Positions 19,788 through 28,803 of a stretch of 64,000 nucleotides of DNA are shown in pieces. A program made the translations under genes and the position numbers. Position 1 is the first letter of the stretch; each line of letters opens with the position of its first letter. The notes beneath the pieces were generated by a model, which ran no database searches, had not been told where the DNA came from, and saw only the letters and a program-made list of their open reading frames with translations. The DNA is from an uncultured Actinomycetes bacterium (GTDB lineage Bacteria > Actinomycetota > Thermoleophilia > UBA2241): contig CAVPVX010000001.1 of NCBI GenBank assembly GCA_963709345.1, positions 192,001 through 256,000 of the forward strand, read 5' to 3'.

Positions 19788-19862
19788 CCGGGGCGTGAGG
19801 GCGGGCCAAGAGGCGCGGGGCCCGGCCGACCGGAGTGCGGGACAGGACGCCGGGAGACTCCG

Positions 19863-20816
19863 TCAGGCGACCACCGTGGCGCCGGCGGCGGAGGCGCCGA
19901 GGCCGAGCGGGATCGCCGTGACGCCCTCACCGGCGAACGCGTCGGCCATCGCGCGGGCGATACGCAACGCGTCGGTCGCGAGGGCGACGAAGGCGACAAG
20001 GCTTGGCCCCGACCCGGACACCGCGACTGCCGCGGCGCCGGCCTCCAGGGCGGCCAGCCAAGCCGTACGGGCGCCCGGGATGAGCCTGAGGCGGGCGGCC
20101 TGGTGCAGCCGGTCGTCCATCACCTGGCTGAGCAGGTCGTAGTCGCCGGTGCGCAGCGCCTCCACCACGAGCGGCGTGCGCTGCAGGTTGAACACGGCGT
20201 CCTTCATCGACACGTGCGTGGGCAGGTCGGCTCGTGCCGAGCGCGTGCTGAACGGGACGTCGGGCACGGCGAGGGCGACCCTGACCTCGGGCACCAGGAT
20301 CCTCTTGGTGAGCAGGCGGTCGCCCTGCTGCACCACGATCGTCAGGCCGCCGAGCAGGGCCGCCGCGACGTTGTCGGGATGGCCCTCGATGTCGGCGGCA
20401 AGCTCCAGTATCCGGGTGAGGTCGAACGGCCGGCCCAGCAGCGCGTTCGCGCCGAGGAGGCCGGCCGCCACCGCAGTCGAGCTCGAGCCGAGCCCCGACG
20501 ACGTCGGCACGCGGATGTCGCAGTGGATGTGCAGGCCGGCGGGAGCGGCTACGCCGGCCGCCTCGCAGAGCCGCGCGTACACCTGCGCGACCAGGTTGCG
20601 CGCGTCGCGCGGCAGCCCGGCGCCGTGCTCACCCGCCACGTCCACCACGACGCCGTCGCCCTCGAGCGTGAAGCGCACGTCGTTCCACAGGTCGAGCGCG
20701 AGGCCCAGACAGTCGAAGCCGGGGCCGAGGTTCGCCGTCGTGGCGGGCACGCGGACCCGGCAGGTCGCGCCGGCGGCGGCGGGGCTCCCGCCGGCGCCTG
20801 CGGCCGCGGCGTTCAT
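19863..20816 (-). CDS. thrB: Homoserine kinase
   Basis: VPATTANLGPGFDCLG, GLGSSS, EGHPDNV, SGSGPS; start overlaps the dedA stop. Confidence 0.93.
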   Translation of the reverse strand: MNAAAAGAGGSPAAAGATCRVRVPATTANLGPGFDCLGLALDLWNDVRFTLEGDGVVVDVAGEHGAGLPRDARNLVAQVYARLCEAAGVAAPAGLHIHCDIRVPTSSGLGSSSTAVAAGLLGANALLGRPFDLTRILELAADIEGHPDNVAAALLGGLTIVVQQGDRLLTKRILVPEVRVALAVPDVPFSTRSARADLPTHVSMKDAVFNLQRTPLVVEALRTGDYDLLSQVMDDRLHQAARLRLIPGARTAWLAALEAGAAAVAVSGSGPSLVAFVALATDALRIARAMADAFAGEGVTAIPLGLGASAAGATVVA

Positions 20817-21463
20817 GCCTCGTCCCCGTAGTCCGCCGGGCCGGGACCCCCGGGCCGGCGTCCCCTCCTCCACTTCACGAACGCCCCCACGACGATCGCG
20901 ACCAACGCCGCGACCACCACGTAGTCGGCGTAGTGCAGGTACGGGCGCAGATCCTCCCAGTGAGCGCCGAGCCGCGTGCCCAACCAGCCGAGAAAGAAGA
21001 CCCAGGGGACGCAGCCGAGCGTGGTGTACAAGGTGAACTTCCAGAACGGCATTCTGGCGATGCCCGCCGGCAACGAGATGAACGTGCGCACGATCGGCAG
21101 GCAGCGGCTGAAGAAGACGACCGGCGGCCCGTACTTGGCGAACCAGCGCTCCGCCAGCTCCACGTGGTGGTGGCGGAGCAGCACGTACTTGCCCCACCTG
21201 TCGATGAAGGGGCGGCCGCCGTAGAGGCCGACCCAGTAGGCGATCCACGAGCCGACGACGTTGCCGGCCACGCCGGCGACGGTGATGCCGAAGAGGGTCA
21301 TGGCGCCCTCGGTCACCGCGAAGCCGGCGAAGGGCATGATCGCCTCGCTCGGCACGGGGATGCAGGCGCTCTCGAGCAGCATCAGGAAGAAGACGGCCGG
21401 CAGGCCCCAGTCGCCGATGAGGCCCGTCGCCCACTGCACGACGATGTCGATGATTGAGGTCAC
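20813..21463 (-). CDS. DedA family membrane protein
   Basis: LESACIPVPSE, RCLPIVRTFISLPAG. Confidence 0.93.
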   Translation of the reverse strand: MTSIIDIVVQWATGLIGDWGLPAVFFLMLLESACIPVPSEAIMPFAGFAVTEGAMTLFGITVAGVAGNVVGSWIAYWVGLYGGRPFIDRWGKYVLLRHHHVELAERWFAKYGPPVVFFSRCLPIVRTFISLPAGIARMPFWKFTLYTTLGCVPWVFFLGWLGTRLGAHWEDLRPYLHYADYVVVAALVAIVVGAFVKWRRGRRPGGPGPADYGDEA

Positions 21464-21596
21464 GCGCGCAAGAGTACCGCACGCGGCGCATCAGCGGCGA
21501 ACACCGCGCGCGAGGACCGCCCGCCAGGTAGCCCATCTCCGGCGGCCTGTGGTAGGTTCCGGGCCCGACATCTCCCGCCGCAAGGAGGCGCATCGC

Positions 21597-22694
21597 ATGG
21601 CCGTCGGACTCATGGACATCAAGGGGCAGTACGCCGAGCTGCAGGACCGCATCGAGCAAGCCGTGCTGGACGTGCTGCGCAGCGGCCGCGTCATCCTCGG
21701 GCCGAACGTCAAGAGCTTCGAAGAGGAGGCCTCCGCGTACATGGGCACTTCGGGGTCCGTCGGCGTCGCCAACGGCACCGACGGCCTCACCATCGCGCTG
21801 CGCGCGCTGGGGATCGGCGCCGGCGACGAAGTGATCACGGTGCCGTTCACCTTCTACGCCACGGCCGAGGCCATCGCCCAGTCCGGGGCGAAGCCGGTGT
21901 TCGTCGACATCCTGCCCGACACGCTCTGCATCGACCCCACCGGCGTCAAGGCCGCGATCACGCCGCGCACCAAGGCGATCATGCCGGTCGACCTCTTCGG
22001 CCTGCCGGCCGACTCCGACGCCGTCCGTGCGGTGGCCGAGGCCCGCGGCATCGCCATCGTCGAGGACGCCTGCCAGGCATGGGGCGCGACCTACTTCGGG
22101 CGTCGCGCCGGCAGCCTCGGCGACCTGGGTGTCTTCAGTTTCTTCCCGACCAAGAACCTCGGCGGGTACGGCGACGGCGGGCTCGTCACCGGCCATAGCG
22201 AGGTGCTCGTGCAGCGCGCCCGGGAGCTTCGCTTCCACGGCAGCAAGGACAAGAAGACGTTCACCGACATCGGCTTCAACTCGCGGCTCGACGAACTGCA
22301 GGCCGCGATCCTGCGCATCGAGCTCGGGGTGATCGACGAGTGGAACGGCCGGCGCGCCCTGGTCGCGGAGTGGTACGACCAGTACCTGCCCGACGAGGTC
22401 ATGCGCCCGGCCGTGCCCGACGGCATCACCCACGTCTACCACCTGTACGTGATCCGCCACCCCGAGCGCGACGCCATCGCCGCGGCGTGCAAAGAGCGTC
22501 ACGTCGACTGCGCCGCCTACTACACGACGCCGCTGCACCTGCAGCCGGCCTTCGCCGACCAGGGTCACAAGCTCGGCGACTTCCCGAACACGGATGAGGC
22601 CGCGGCGCGTAACCTCGCCCTGCCGATGCACCCGAACCTCACCGAGGAGCAGGTCCAGGAGGTAGCCGCGGCCGTCGCCGCCGGGCTCGCCTGA
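21597..22694 (+). CDS. DegT/DnrJ/EryC1/StrS sugar aminotransferase
   Basis: VANGTDGL, EDACQAWG, SFFPTKNLGGYGDGG, NSRLDELQAAIL. Confidence 0.95.
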   Translation: MAVGLMDIKGQYAELQDRIEQAVLDVLRSGRVILGPNVKSFEEEASAYMGTSGSVGVANGTDGLTIALRALGIGAGDEVITVPFTFYATAEAIAQSGAKPVFVDILPDTLCIDPTGVKAAITPRTKAIMPVDLFGLPADSDAVRAVAEARGIAIVEDACQAWGATYFGRRAGSLGDLGVFSFFPTKNLGGYGDGGLVTGHSEVLVQRARELRFHGSKDKKTFTDIGFNSRLDELQAAILRIELGVIDEWNGRRALVAEWYDQYLPDEVMRPAVPDGITHVYHLYVIRHPERDAIAAACKERHVDCAAYYTTPLHLQPAFADQGHKLGDFPNTDEAAARNLALPMHPNLTEEQVQEVAAAVAAGLA

Positions 22695-22745
22695 CGGCCC
22701 CCGGCGCTGCAGGCGTCGCCGGCGCCGCGCCGAAGCCTTGACGCG

Positions 22746-23840
22746 GTGAGGATCTGGGTCGACATCACCGACGGCTCGGCGGTCGTCTTCTTCGCGCCCA
22801 TCGTGCGGCGGCTCGAAGAGGGCGGCCACACGGTGACGCTCACGGCGCGCCGCTTCGCCGGCGCCGACCTCATCCTGCGGCGCTACGGCCTCGGCGGCGT
22901 GCTCACGACCCAGCACCGCGGCGGGAGCCTGGGTACCCGCGCCGTCGGGCTCGTCAACCGCACGGCGCAGCTCCTCGTCTCGGCCTCGAGCGGCCACTTC
23001 GACGTGGCCGCCGGCAGCCACGCCAGCGACTTCGTGCTCACCGCCTGGACGCTGGCGATCCCCCAGATGACCTTCCTCGACGACGAACGCCTGGGGCGCG
23101 GCAACGCAGTCAGCGCGCGGCTCGTCGACGAGATCGCCGTGCCCGACGCCGTACCTGCGGCTTCACTCGCCGCCCTCGGCGTACCGCAGCAGAAGGCCTG
23201 GCTCTACCCGGGCTTCAAGGAGGAGTACTACCTGCACGACGCGCGACCCGACCCCGAGGCGCTGCGTCGTCTCGGGGTCGACCGCCGCCGCATCGTCGGA
23301 GTGGTGCGCCCGGCCGCATCCGGCTCGCCCTCGCCCGGCGGCTCGGCGGCGGCCGGGGAAACGGCGCTCGGAGAGCTCCTGCGGGAGCTCGCCGGCCGGC
23401 GCCGCGTGACCCTCGTCGTCGTGGCGCGCGACCGCGAGCAGCGGCGGCGCTTTCTGGCGCTCGAGCTTCCGGGCGTGCTCGTGCCCGACGGCCCGGTGGA
23501 CGGCGTAGGGCTGCTGGCAGCCGCCGACTTCATGCTGGGGCTCGAGGGCGCAATGACGCGCGAGGCGGCGGCGCTCGGCACCCCCGCCTACACGTTCTCG
23601 CAGCGGCGGGCGACGGCTGTCGACGCGACGCTGCTCGCGGACGGGCGCCTGAAGCGTGCGACCGGGCCCGACGACGTCGCCCTTCGCAAGAAGGACACGC
23701 GCACGGCGGCCTTCGCCCCGCGCGACCCCGGGCTCTTCGCCGGCCGGCTCCTCCACCTGGCCGGCCGAGACTTCCGGCGAGCCCGCCGCGGCCGCCTCAT
23801 CCAGGACGCCACCGACGAGCCGCCAACGCCACTCGTCTGA
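22746..23840 (+). CDS. DUF354-family GT-B-fold protein
   Basis: MRIWVDIT..FFAPIVRRLE..GH.V.LTAR, YPGFKEEYYL, MTREAAALGTP. Confidence 0.75.
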   Translation: MRIWVDITDGSAVVFFAPIVRRLEEGGHTVTLTARRFAGADLILRRYGLGGVLTTQHRGGSLGTRAVGLVNRTAQLLVSASSGHFDVAAGSHASDFVLTAWTLAIPQMTFLDDERLGRGNAVSARLVDEIAVPDAVPAASLAALGVPQQKAWLYPGFKEEYYLHDARPDPEALRRLGVDRRRIVGVVRPAASGSPSPGGSAAAGETALGELLRELAGRRRVTLVVVARDREQRRRFLALELPGVLVPDGPVDGVGLLAAADFMLGLEGAMTREAAALGTPAYTFSQRRATAVDATLLADGRLKRATGPDDVALRKKDTRTAAFAPRDPGLFAGRLLHLAGRDFRRARRGRLIQDATDEPPTPLV

Positions 23841-23907
23841 GCGTCTGCCCGCCCGCAGGCAGCCCGCCCACTGGCTCCGGCGAGGCATCCTGAGATAAGG
23901 TTCGCTT

Positions 23908-24810
23908 ATGGACATCCGTCAGATCAGGCTCTTCTGCCGCATCGTCGACCGTCGCAGCTTCTCGCTCGCCGCCGACGAGGTGCACATCACGCAGCCGGCC
24001 GCGAGCCAGCAGATCCGAAGTCTGGAGCGCGAGCTCAAGACGACCCTGCTCGACCGCTCGCGCCGCACCGTCGTGCCCACGGACTCGGGGCAGGTCCTCT
24101 ACCGGTACGGCCGTGAGATCCTCGGCCTCCACGAGCGCGCCTGCACGGAGATCCTCGACCTCGGCGAGCTGGTCGCAGGCCACATCAAGGTCGGCGCCTC
24201 CACCGGCCCGGGGGAGCACGTGCTGCCGGGCATGCTCACGAGGTTCAAGCGAGAGTACCCGGGGATCTCGATCACGCTGAACGTGGACGATACGCACGCC
24301 GTGATCGAGCGTGTGCTCTCTCGGGAATTCGAGGTAGGGGCGGTCGGCGCCGTGACGCCGCGGCCGGAACTGGTCGCGGAGCCGCTCGCGCGCGACGAAC
24401 TCGTGCTGGTCTGCAACCCGAGCCACCCCTGGGCGAAGCGCGACCAGGTGACGTTGGGCGATCTGGCCGGCGAACCACACATCATGCAGCAGAAGGGCGC
24501 GGGCGTGCGCACCGTCCTCGAGAACCACCTGCGGCGCGCCGGCGTCCGCCCCGAGAAGCTCAACGTGGTCATGGAGATGGGCCTCATGGAGTCGGCCAAA
24601 CAGGCGGCCATCTCCGGCGGCGGCGTCACCTTCGTCAGCCGCTGGGCGATCGGCCCCGAGCTCGACTACGGGTCTCTGACCGTCGTGCCCGTCGAGGGCT
24701 TCAGGATCCTGCGCGACTTCTACAGCGTGCGCTCGAAGACGCGAGTGCTGAGCAAGGCCGCCGAAACCCTGCTCGCCTACTTCCGCGAGCAGTACGCGGC
24801 GGCCGGCTGA
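23908..24810 (+). CDS. LysR-family regulator (CysL-like)
   Basis: SFSLAADEVHITQPAASQQIRSLE HTH; VGASTGPGEHVLP. Confidence 0.9.
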   Translation: MDIRQIRLFCRIVDRRSFSLAADEVHITQPAASQQIRSLERELKTTLLDRSRRTVVPTDSGQVLYRYGREILGLHERACTEILDLGELVAGHIKVGASTGPGEHVLPGMLTRFKREYPGISITLNVDDTHAVIERVLSREFEVGAVGAVTPRPELVAEPLARDELVLVCNPSHPWAKRDQVTLGDLAGEPHIMQQKGAGVRTVLENHLRRAGVRPEKLNVVMEMGLMESAKQAAISGGGVTFVSRWAIGPELDYGSLTVVPVEGFRILRDFYSVRSKTRVLSKAAETLLAYFREQYAAAG

Positions 24811-25018
24811 CCTCCGGTCCGGCCGAATCGGCGGCGGCCGCAACGGCTGCGTCGAGGTGAAGGGACGCCGCCGGACCGACGGCCTCCGGGTTCCCGCAAC
24901 TATTCAAATTTCGTATTCCACCAGGATCGTGTATCAGGCCAGCTAATGCCGCGGGCACGTGCAGGCGTGGCCCGGCGGGTGCGACCGCGCGGCCTCCTTC
25001 TTCATTCCGGAACCTTAT

Positions 25019-25047
25019 TTGACAGATAATCTGAGCCTGCCCATACT
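25019..25047 (+). promoter_or_regulatory. Sigma70-type promoter for tauE-comA
   Basis: TTGACA-N17-CATACT. Confidence 0.65.
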
Positions 25048-25138
25048 CACGCCCATTCGGGGCGCCGGTCCCGCTTCGCGCGGGCTCCGCCCAGCGCGGA
25101 CTCGTGCGGCGACCGCCGCCCGCAAGCCCAGGGGGCAG

Positions 25139-26167
25139 ATGACCGAGAGTGAGAGCACAGCCGTAGCCGTCGAAGGGGCGCCGGGCGCACCGGCGCGGGA
25201 TGAGGCCGCGCAGGCAGCCCCCGACGACGACGTCTTCGACCCGGACATCGACGACACGATTCCTCCGTTCCGGCCCGGGCCCGAGCCGACGGGTGTCGGT
25301 TCGAGCGCCTGGCTGAAACGCTGGGCGCTCGGCATGAGCGGGTGGGCCGTCGTCGTCGTGGTCGCCTACCTCACGCTCGGGGGCGAGCTGAACGGCTACC
25401 TGACCATCACCGGCCTCTTCGTCGGCTTCCTGGTCGGGCTGACCGGCATGGGCGGCGGCGCGCTCATGACCCCGGTGCTGATCTTCTTCTTCGGGTTCTC
25501 CCCCACGATGGCGATCGGCACCGACGTCACCTATGCCGCCGTCACTAAGGTCTTCGGCTCGTGGAAGCATTGGAAGCAGGGCTCGGTCGACGTGCCGCTC
25601 GCCCTCTGGCTGGCCCTGGGCAGCATCCCCGCGTCACTCGCCGGCGTCGCCGCCGTGGCCTACGTCAAGAGCACCTACGGCGACCTGGTCAACCACATCC
25701 TCTACCGGGCGATCGGCTCGGCGCTGATGCTGGTGGGCGTCCTGCTCATCGTCAAGGTCGTGCTGCATGTCGACCAGCGGCACCGACGCGAGAACATCAC
25801 GATGACCACCCGCCTCAAAGTGATGACGGTGTGCCTCGGCATAGGGACCGGCTTCGTGATCGGCCTCACCTCGGTCGGCAGCGGTACGCTGCTGGCCGTC
25901 TTCCTGATCCTCTTCTATCCGCTCACGACGGACCGGATCGTCGGCACCGACGTCTTCCACGCGATGATCCTTCTGACCATCACCGGTCTCGCGCAGATCG
26001 GCGTCGGCAACGTCGACCTGTGGATGGTGACGGCGCTGCTCATGGGCTCGATCCCCGGAGTGCTGCTCGGCTCGCAGCTCACGGTCCACGCCCCCACCCG
26101 CATGCTCCGCGGCATCCTCGCCGCCGTCCTCTTCCTCAGCGGGCTCGCGCTGCTCTTCAAGAGTTGA
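25139..26167 (+). CDS. Sulfite exporter TauE/SafE family
   Basis: GLTGMGGGALMTP, AIGTD, GLTSVGSG, IVGTDVFHA; multiple TM segments. Confidence 0.9.
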   Translation: MTESESTAVAVEGAPGAPARDEAAQAAPDDDVFDPDIDDTIPPFRPGPEPTGVGSSAWLKRWALGMSGWAVVVVVAYLTLGGELNGYLTITGLFVGFLVGLTGMGGGALMTPVLIFFFGFSPTMAIGTDVTYAAVTKVFGSWKHWKQGSVDVPLALWLALGSIPASLAGVAAVAYVKSTYGDLVNHILYRAIGSALMLVGVLLIVKVVLHVDQRHRRENITMTTRLKVMTVCLGIGTGFVIGLTSVGSGTLLAVFLILFYPLTTDRIVGTDVFHAMILLTITGLAQIGVGNVDLWMVTALLMGSIPGVLLGSQLTVHAPTRMLRGILAAVLFLSGLALLFKS

Positions 26168-26248
26168 CGCTCGCCCGAGGCGGGCCGCCGGTCTGGTACC
26201 ATCTGTCGAGGGCCGTGAAAAGCGGCGCGCGACCACGGAGGATGACCG

Positions 26249-27001
26249 ATGTTCGAGTTCCTGGCGCTCCCCGATCGCACCGCGAAGCCGCGCGAGAGCG
26301 GGCTCACGCACGTGCTCGACAAGGGGTACAGCCTCGACCAGGTGCGCCAGTTCCTCGAGGTGGCCGAGGGCTACGTGGACATCGTCAAGCTCGGGTGGGG
26401 GACCGCGGTCGTCACGCCCAACGTCAAGGAGAAGATCACCCTCTACCAGAGCTTCGGCATCCCCGTGTGCTTCGGCGGCACCTTCTTCGAGGTCTGCTTG
26501 CGACAGAACAGGCTTGAGGAGTTCCTGGCCGCCGTGCGCGAGTGCGAGATGGACTACGTGGAGGTCTCCGACGGCACGATCGATATCGACGAAGCGGACA
26601 AGCTCGCGATCCTGCGCCGGCTCAGCCGGGAGTTCAGGGTACTCAGCGAAGTCGGCAGCAAGGACGAGGCCTCCGTCATCGCCCCTTTCAAGTGGGTCGA
26701 CAGCATCAAGCGCGAGCTCGACGCCGGCGCCTGGAAGGTGATCGCTGAGGGTCGCGAGTCGGGGACCGTCGGCATCTACCAGCCGGGAGGAGAAGTCAAG
26801 GAAGGCCTGCTCGACGAGATCCAGAGCGCGGTCGACCCGGCGCAGCTCCTCTTCGAGGCGCCGATCAAGCAGCAGCAGACCTGGTTCATCAAGAAGTTCG
26901 GACCGAACGTGAACCTCGGCAACATCCCGCCCGAAGAAGTGATCTCGGTCGAGACCCTGCGTGTGGGCGTACGCAGCGACACGCTGCTCGACTTCCACTG
27001 A
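26249..27001 (+). CDS. comA: Phosphosulfolactate synthase
   Basis: KPRESGLTHVLDKG, VKLGWGT, GGTFFE, EVSDGTI, SEVGSK, EGRESG, FEAP, VNLGNI, ETLRVGVRSDT. Confidence 0.95.
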   Translation: MFEFLALPDRTAKPRESGLTHVLDKGYSLDQVRQFLEVAEGYVDIVKLGWGTAVVTPNVKEKITLYQSFGIPVCFGGTFFEVCLRQNRLEEFLAAVRECEMDYVEVSDGTIDIDEADKLAILRRLSREFRVLSEVGSKDEASVIAPFKWVDSIKRELDAGAWKVIAEGRESGTVGIYQPGGEVKEGLLDEIQSAVDPAQLLFEAPIKQQQTWFIKKFGPNVNLGNIPPEEVISVETLRVGVRSDTLLDFH

Positions 27002-27003
27002 CC

Positions 27004-27624
27004 GTGCCGCCCGGACGCCCGCTCGCGCGACTCCTGCTCATCCGCCACGGCCAGACCGACTGGAACCTCGAGCCGGCGCGATGCCAGGGCTGGGCCGAGG
27101 TGGAACTCAACGAGGCCGGCCGCGCACAGGCGCGCGACCAGGGTCGCGCGCTCCGAGGGCGCGGCCTCCAGCTCATCGTCACCAGCCACCTGCTGCGCGC
27201 CTGCGAGACCGCCGACCTGATCCACGCCGAGCTCGGCGGTGACCTGCCGCTCGTCGTGGATCCCCGTCTCGCCGAGACGCACCGCGGCGAGTGGGAGACG
27301 CGCCTCTTCGCGGACATCGTCCGCGAGGAGGCCGAGACCTGGCGCGCGTACCAAGAGCGCCCCGAGGGCTTCCGCTTCCCGGCCGGCGAGAGCCTCGCCG
27401 AGCAGCAGCGCCGGGTGCTCGCCTGCCTGCGCGACTGCGCGCTCGACGGTCGCAGCGCGCTCCTCGTCACTCACGGGGGCAGCATCCGCCTCACGCGCTG
27501 CTTCATGGAGGGTCGCGGCATCCACGCCTTCCACACGACGAAGACAGCCAACGGCGGCGTCGATGAGGTCGCCACCAGCGGCCTCGCCGAGCGCATCGAC
27601 GACTTCCTGGCGCCGGACGGCTGA
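27004..27624 (+). CDS. Histidine phosphatase family protein
   Basis: LIRHGQTDWN, SHLLRACET, GESL, VTHGG; starts 2 nt after the comA stop. Confidence 0.9.
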   Translation: MPPGRPLARLLLIRHGQTDWNLEPARCQGWAEVELNEAGRAQARDQGRALRGRGLQLIVTSHLLRACETADLIHAELGGDLPLVVDPRLAETHRGEWETRLFADIVREEAETWRAYQERPEGFRFPAGESLAEQQRRVLACLRDCALDGRSALLVTHGGSIRLTRCFMEGRGIHAFHTTKTANGGVDEVATSGLAERIDDFLAPDG

Positions 27625-27635
27625 GGACGGGCGCC

Positions 27636-28793
27636 GTGAGACCGCCCGAGAGCGCGGGAGGCGGCGGGCCCTTCGGCAAGCGCAAGGCCCGGGTGATACC
27701 CGACCCGCCGGAGATGGATGAGGCGCAGGGTCGGCGGGCCTTCTGGTTCGTCCTCGTGCTGCTCGCCGTCACAGCGCCGGCGATGGCTGGCGTGGTCACG
27801 CTCAACGTGGTGGCCGACCCGTACGGCACCGTCGGCACTCGTTTCTTCCCGACGGTGACGGCATCGGACCGGACGGTCAAGGCGGACAAGATCGAAGAGC
27901 TGAAGGAGCCTCCCGAACTTGTCGTGCTCGGCAGCTCACGCTCCATGCGCTACGAACCGTCCTATCTCGAGGAGAAGACGGGGCTGCGGACCTTCAACGC
28001 CGGCGTCAACGGCATCGGCGGCATCGCCGATGCGTGGGCGATGACGCAGTTCATCCACGAGACCTGGCCCGACGCGCGCCCCGCCTACCTGTGGTTCATC
28101 GACGTCGAGTCGTACGTGCCCTTCGAGATCGGCGTCCGCACCGCAGGCGAGCCGCGGCTGGCGCGATTCGTCGATCAGGCGTCGGCCGGCGAGGGAGCGC
28201 GACGGCTCGCGACGGCCGTCTGGGAGAACCGCTCGACCATGTGCTCACTCGCTACTGCCTGGGAGTCGGGGCGTCTCCTCCTCTTCCGCAAGAAGGCGAA
28301 GGTGGAGCAGACGAAGTATCGCAAGCGGATCCTGGACGACGGCGCCCTCAAGCAGCGTCGCTGGAGCGAGAGGGAGTGGAAGCGCCGCTGGGTCGACTCC
28401 CGCGAGCGCTACACCGAACTCTACGCGACCATCTACGAGAGGATGGACCCCAGGACCGAGGAGTACTTCGAGAAGACGCTCGAGTTCATGAACGAGCAAG
28501 GCGCGGCTCCCCTCGTCGTGCTCACGCCCATCAACCCCAAACTGCGCAGGATCCTCGTCCCCCTGGGCTGGAACGAGCGCCACGAGCAGGTGACGGCGTA
28601 TATCGAAGCACAGCAGAGCGTGTACGACTTGACGTTCCTCGACATGACCGACCCGACGGTCTTCGGCTTCGATCCCACGCAGTGGTACGACGGCGTACAC
28701 ATGACGGCGATCAACACGCGGCCCGCGATCGACCACGTCCTCGAGCAGACCGGCGGCGTGCCGCCGGTCGAGCCGGCGGCGAGCGGGGACTAG
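27636..28793 (+). CDS. Membrane-anchored SGNH-like protein (MBOAT partner)
   Basis: N-terminal TM, LGSSRS, FNAGVNG, C-terminal WYDGVHM (DxxH). Confidence 0.7.
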   Translation: MRPPESAGGGGPFGKRKARVIPDPPEMDEAQGRRAFWFVLVLLAVTAPAMAGVVTLNVVADPYGTVGTRFFPTVTASDRTVKADKIEELKEPPELVVLGSSRSMRYEPSYLEEKTGLRTFNAGVNGIGGIADAWAMTQFIHETWPDARPAYLWFIDVESYVPFEIGVRTAGEPRLARFVDQASAGEGARRLATAVWENRSTMCSLATAWESGRLLLFRKKAKVEQTKYRKRILDDGALKQRRWSEREWKRRWVDSRERYTELYATIYERMDPRTEEYFEKTLEFMNEQGAAPLVVLTPINPKLRRILVPLGWNERHEQVTAYIEAQQSVYDLTFLDMTDPTVFGFDPTQWYDGVHMTAINTRPAIDHVLEQTGGVPPVEPAASGD

Positions 28794-28803
28794 GGCCGGC
28801 GGC

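Noticed and set aside
19863-23021. 1052-aa ORF and other long shadow ORFs (e.g. 33313-35724, 17851-20142, 48315-50333)
   Set aside because: Antisense or off-frame artefacts of high GC; only the thrB portion of the first is real.
26249-27001. comA as evidence of coenzyme M synthesis or methanogenesis
   Set aside because: No comB/C/D/E or CoM-dependent enzymes are in the window; ComA occurs in many non-CoM bacteria.
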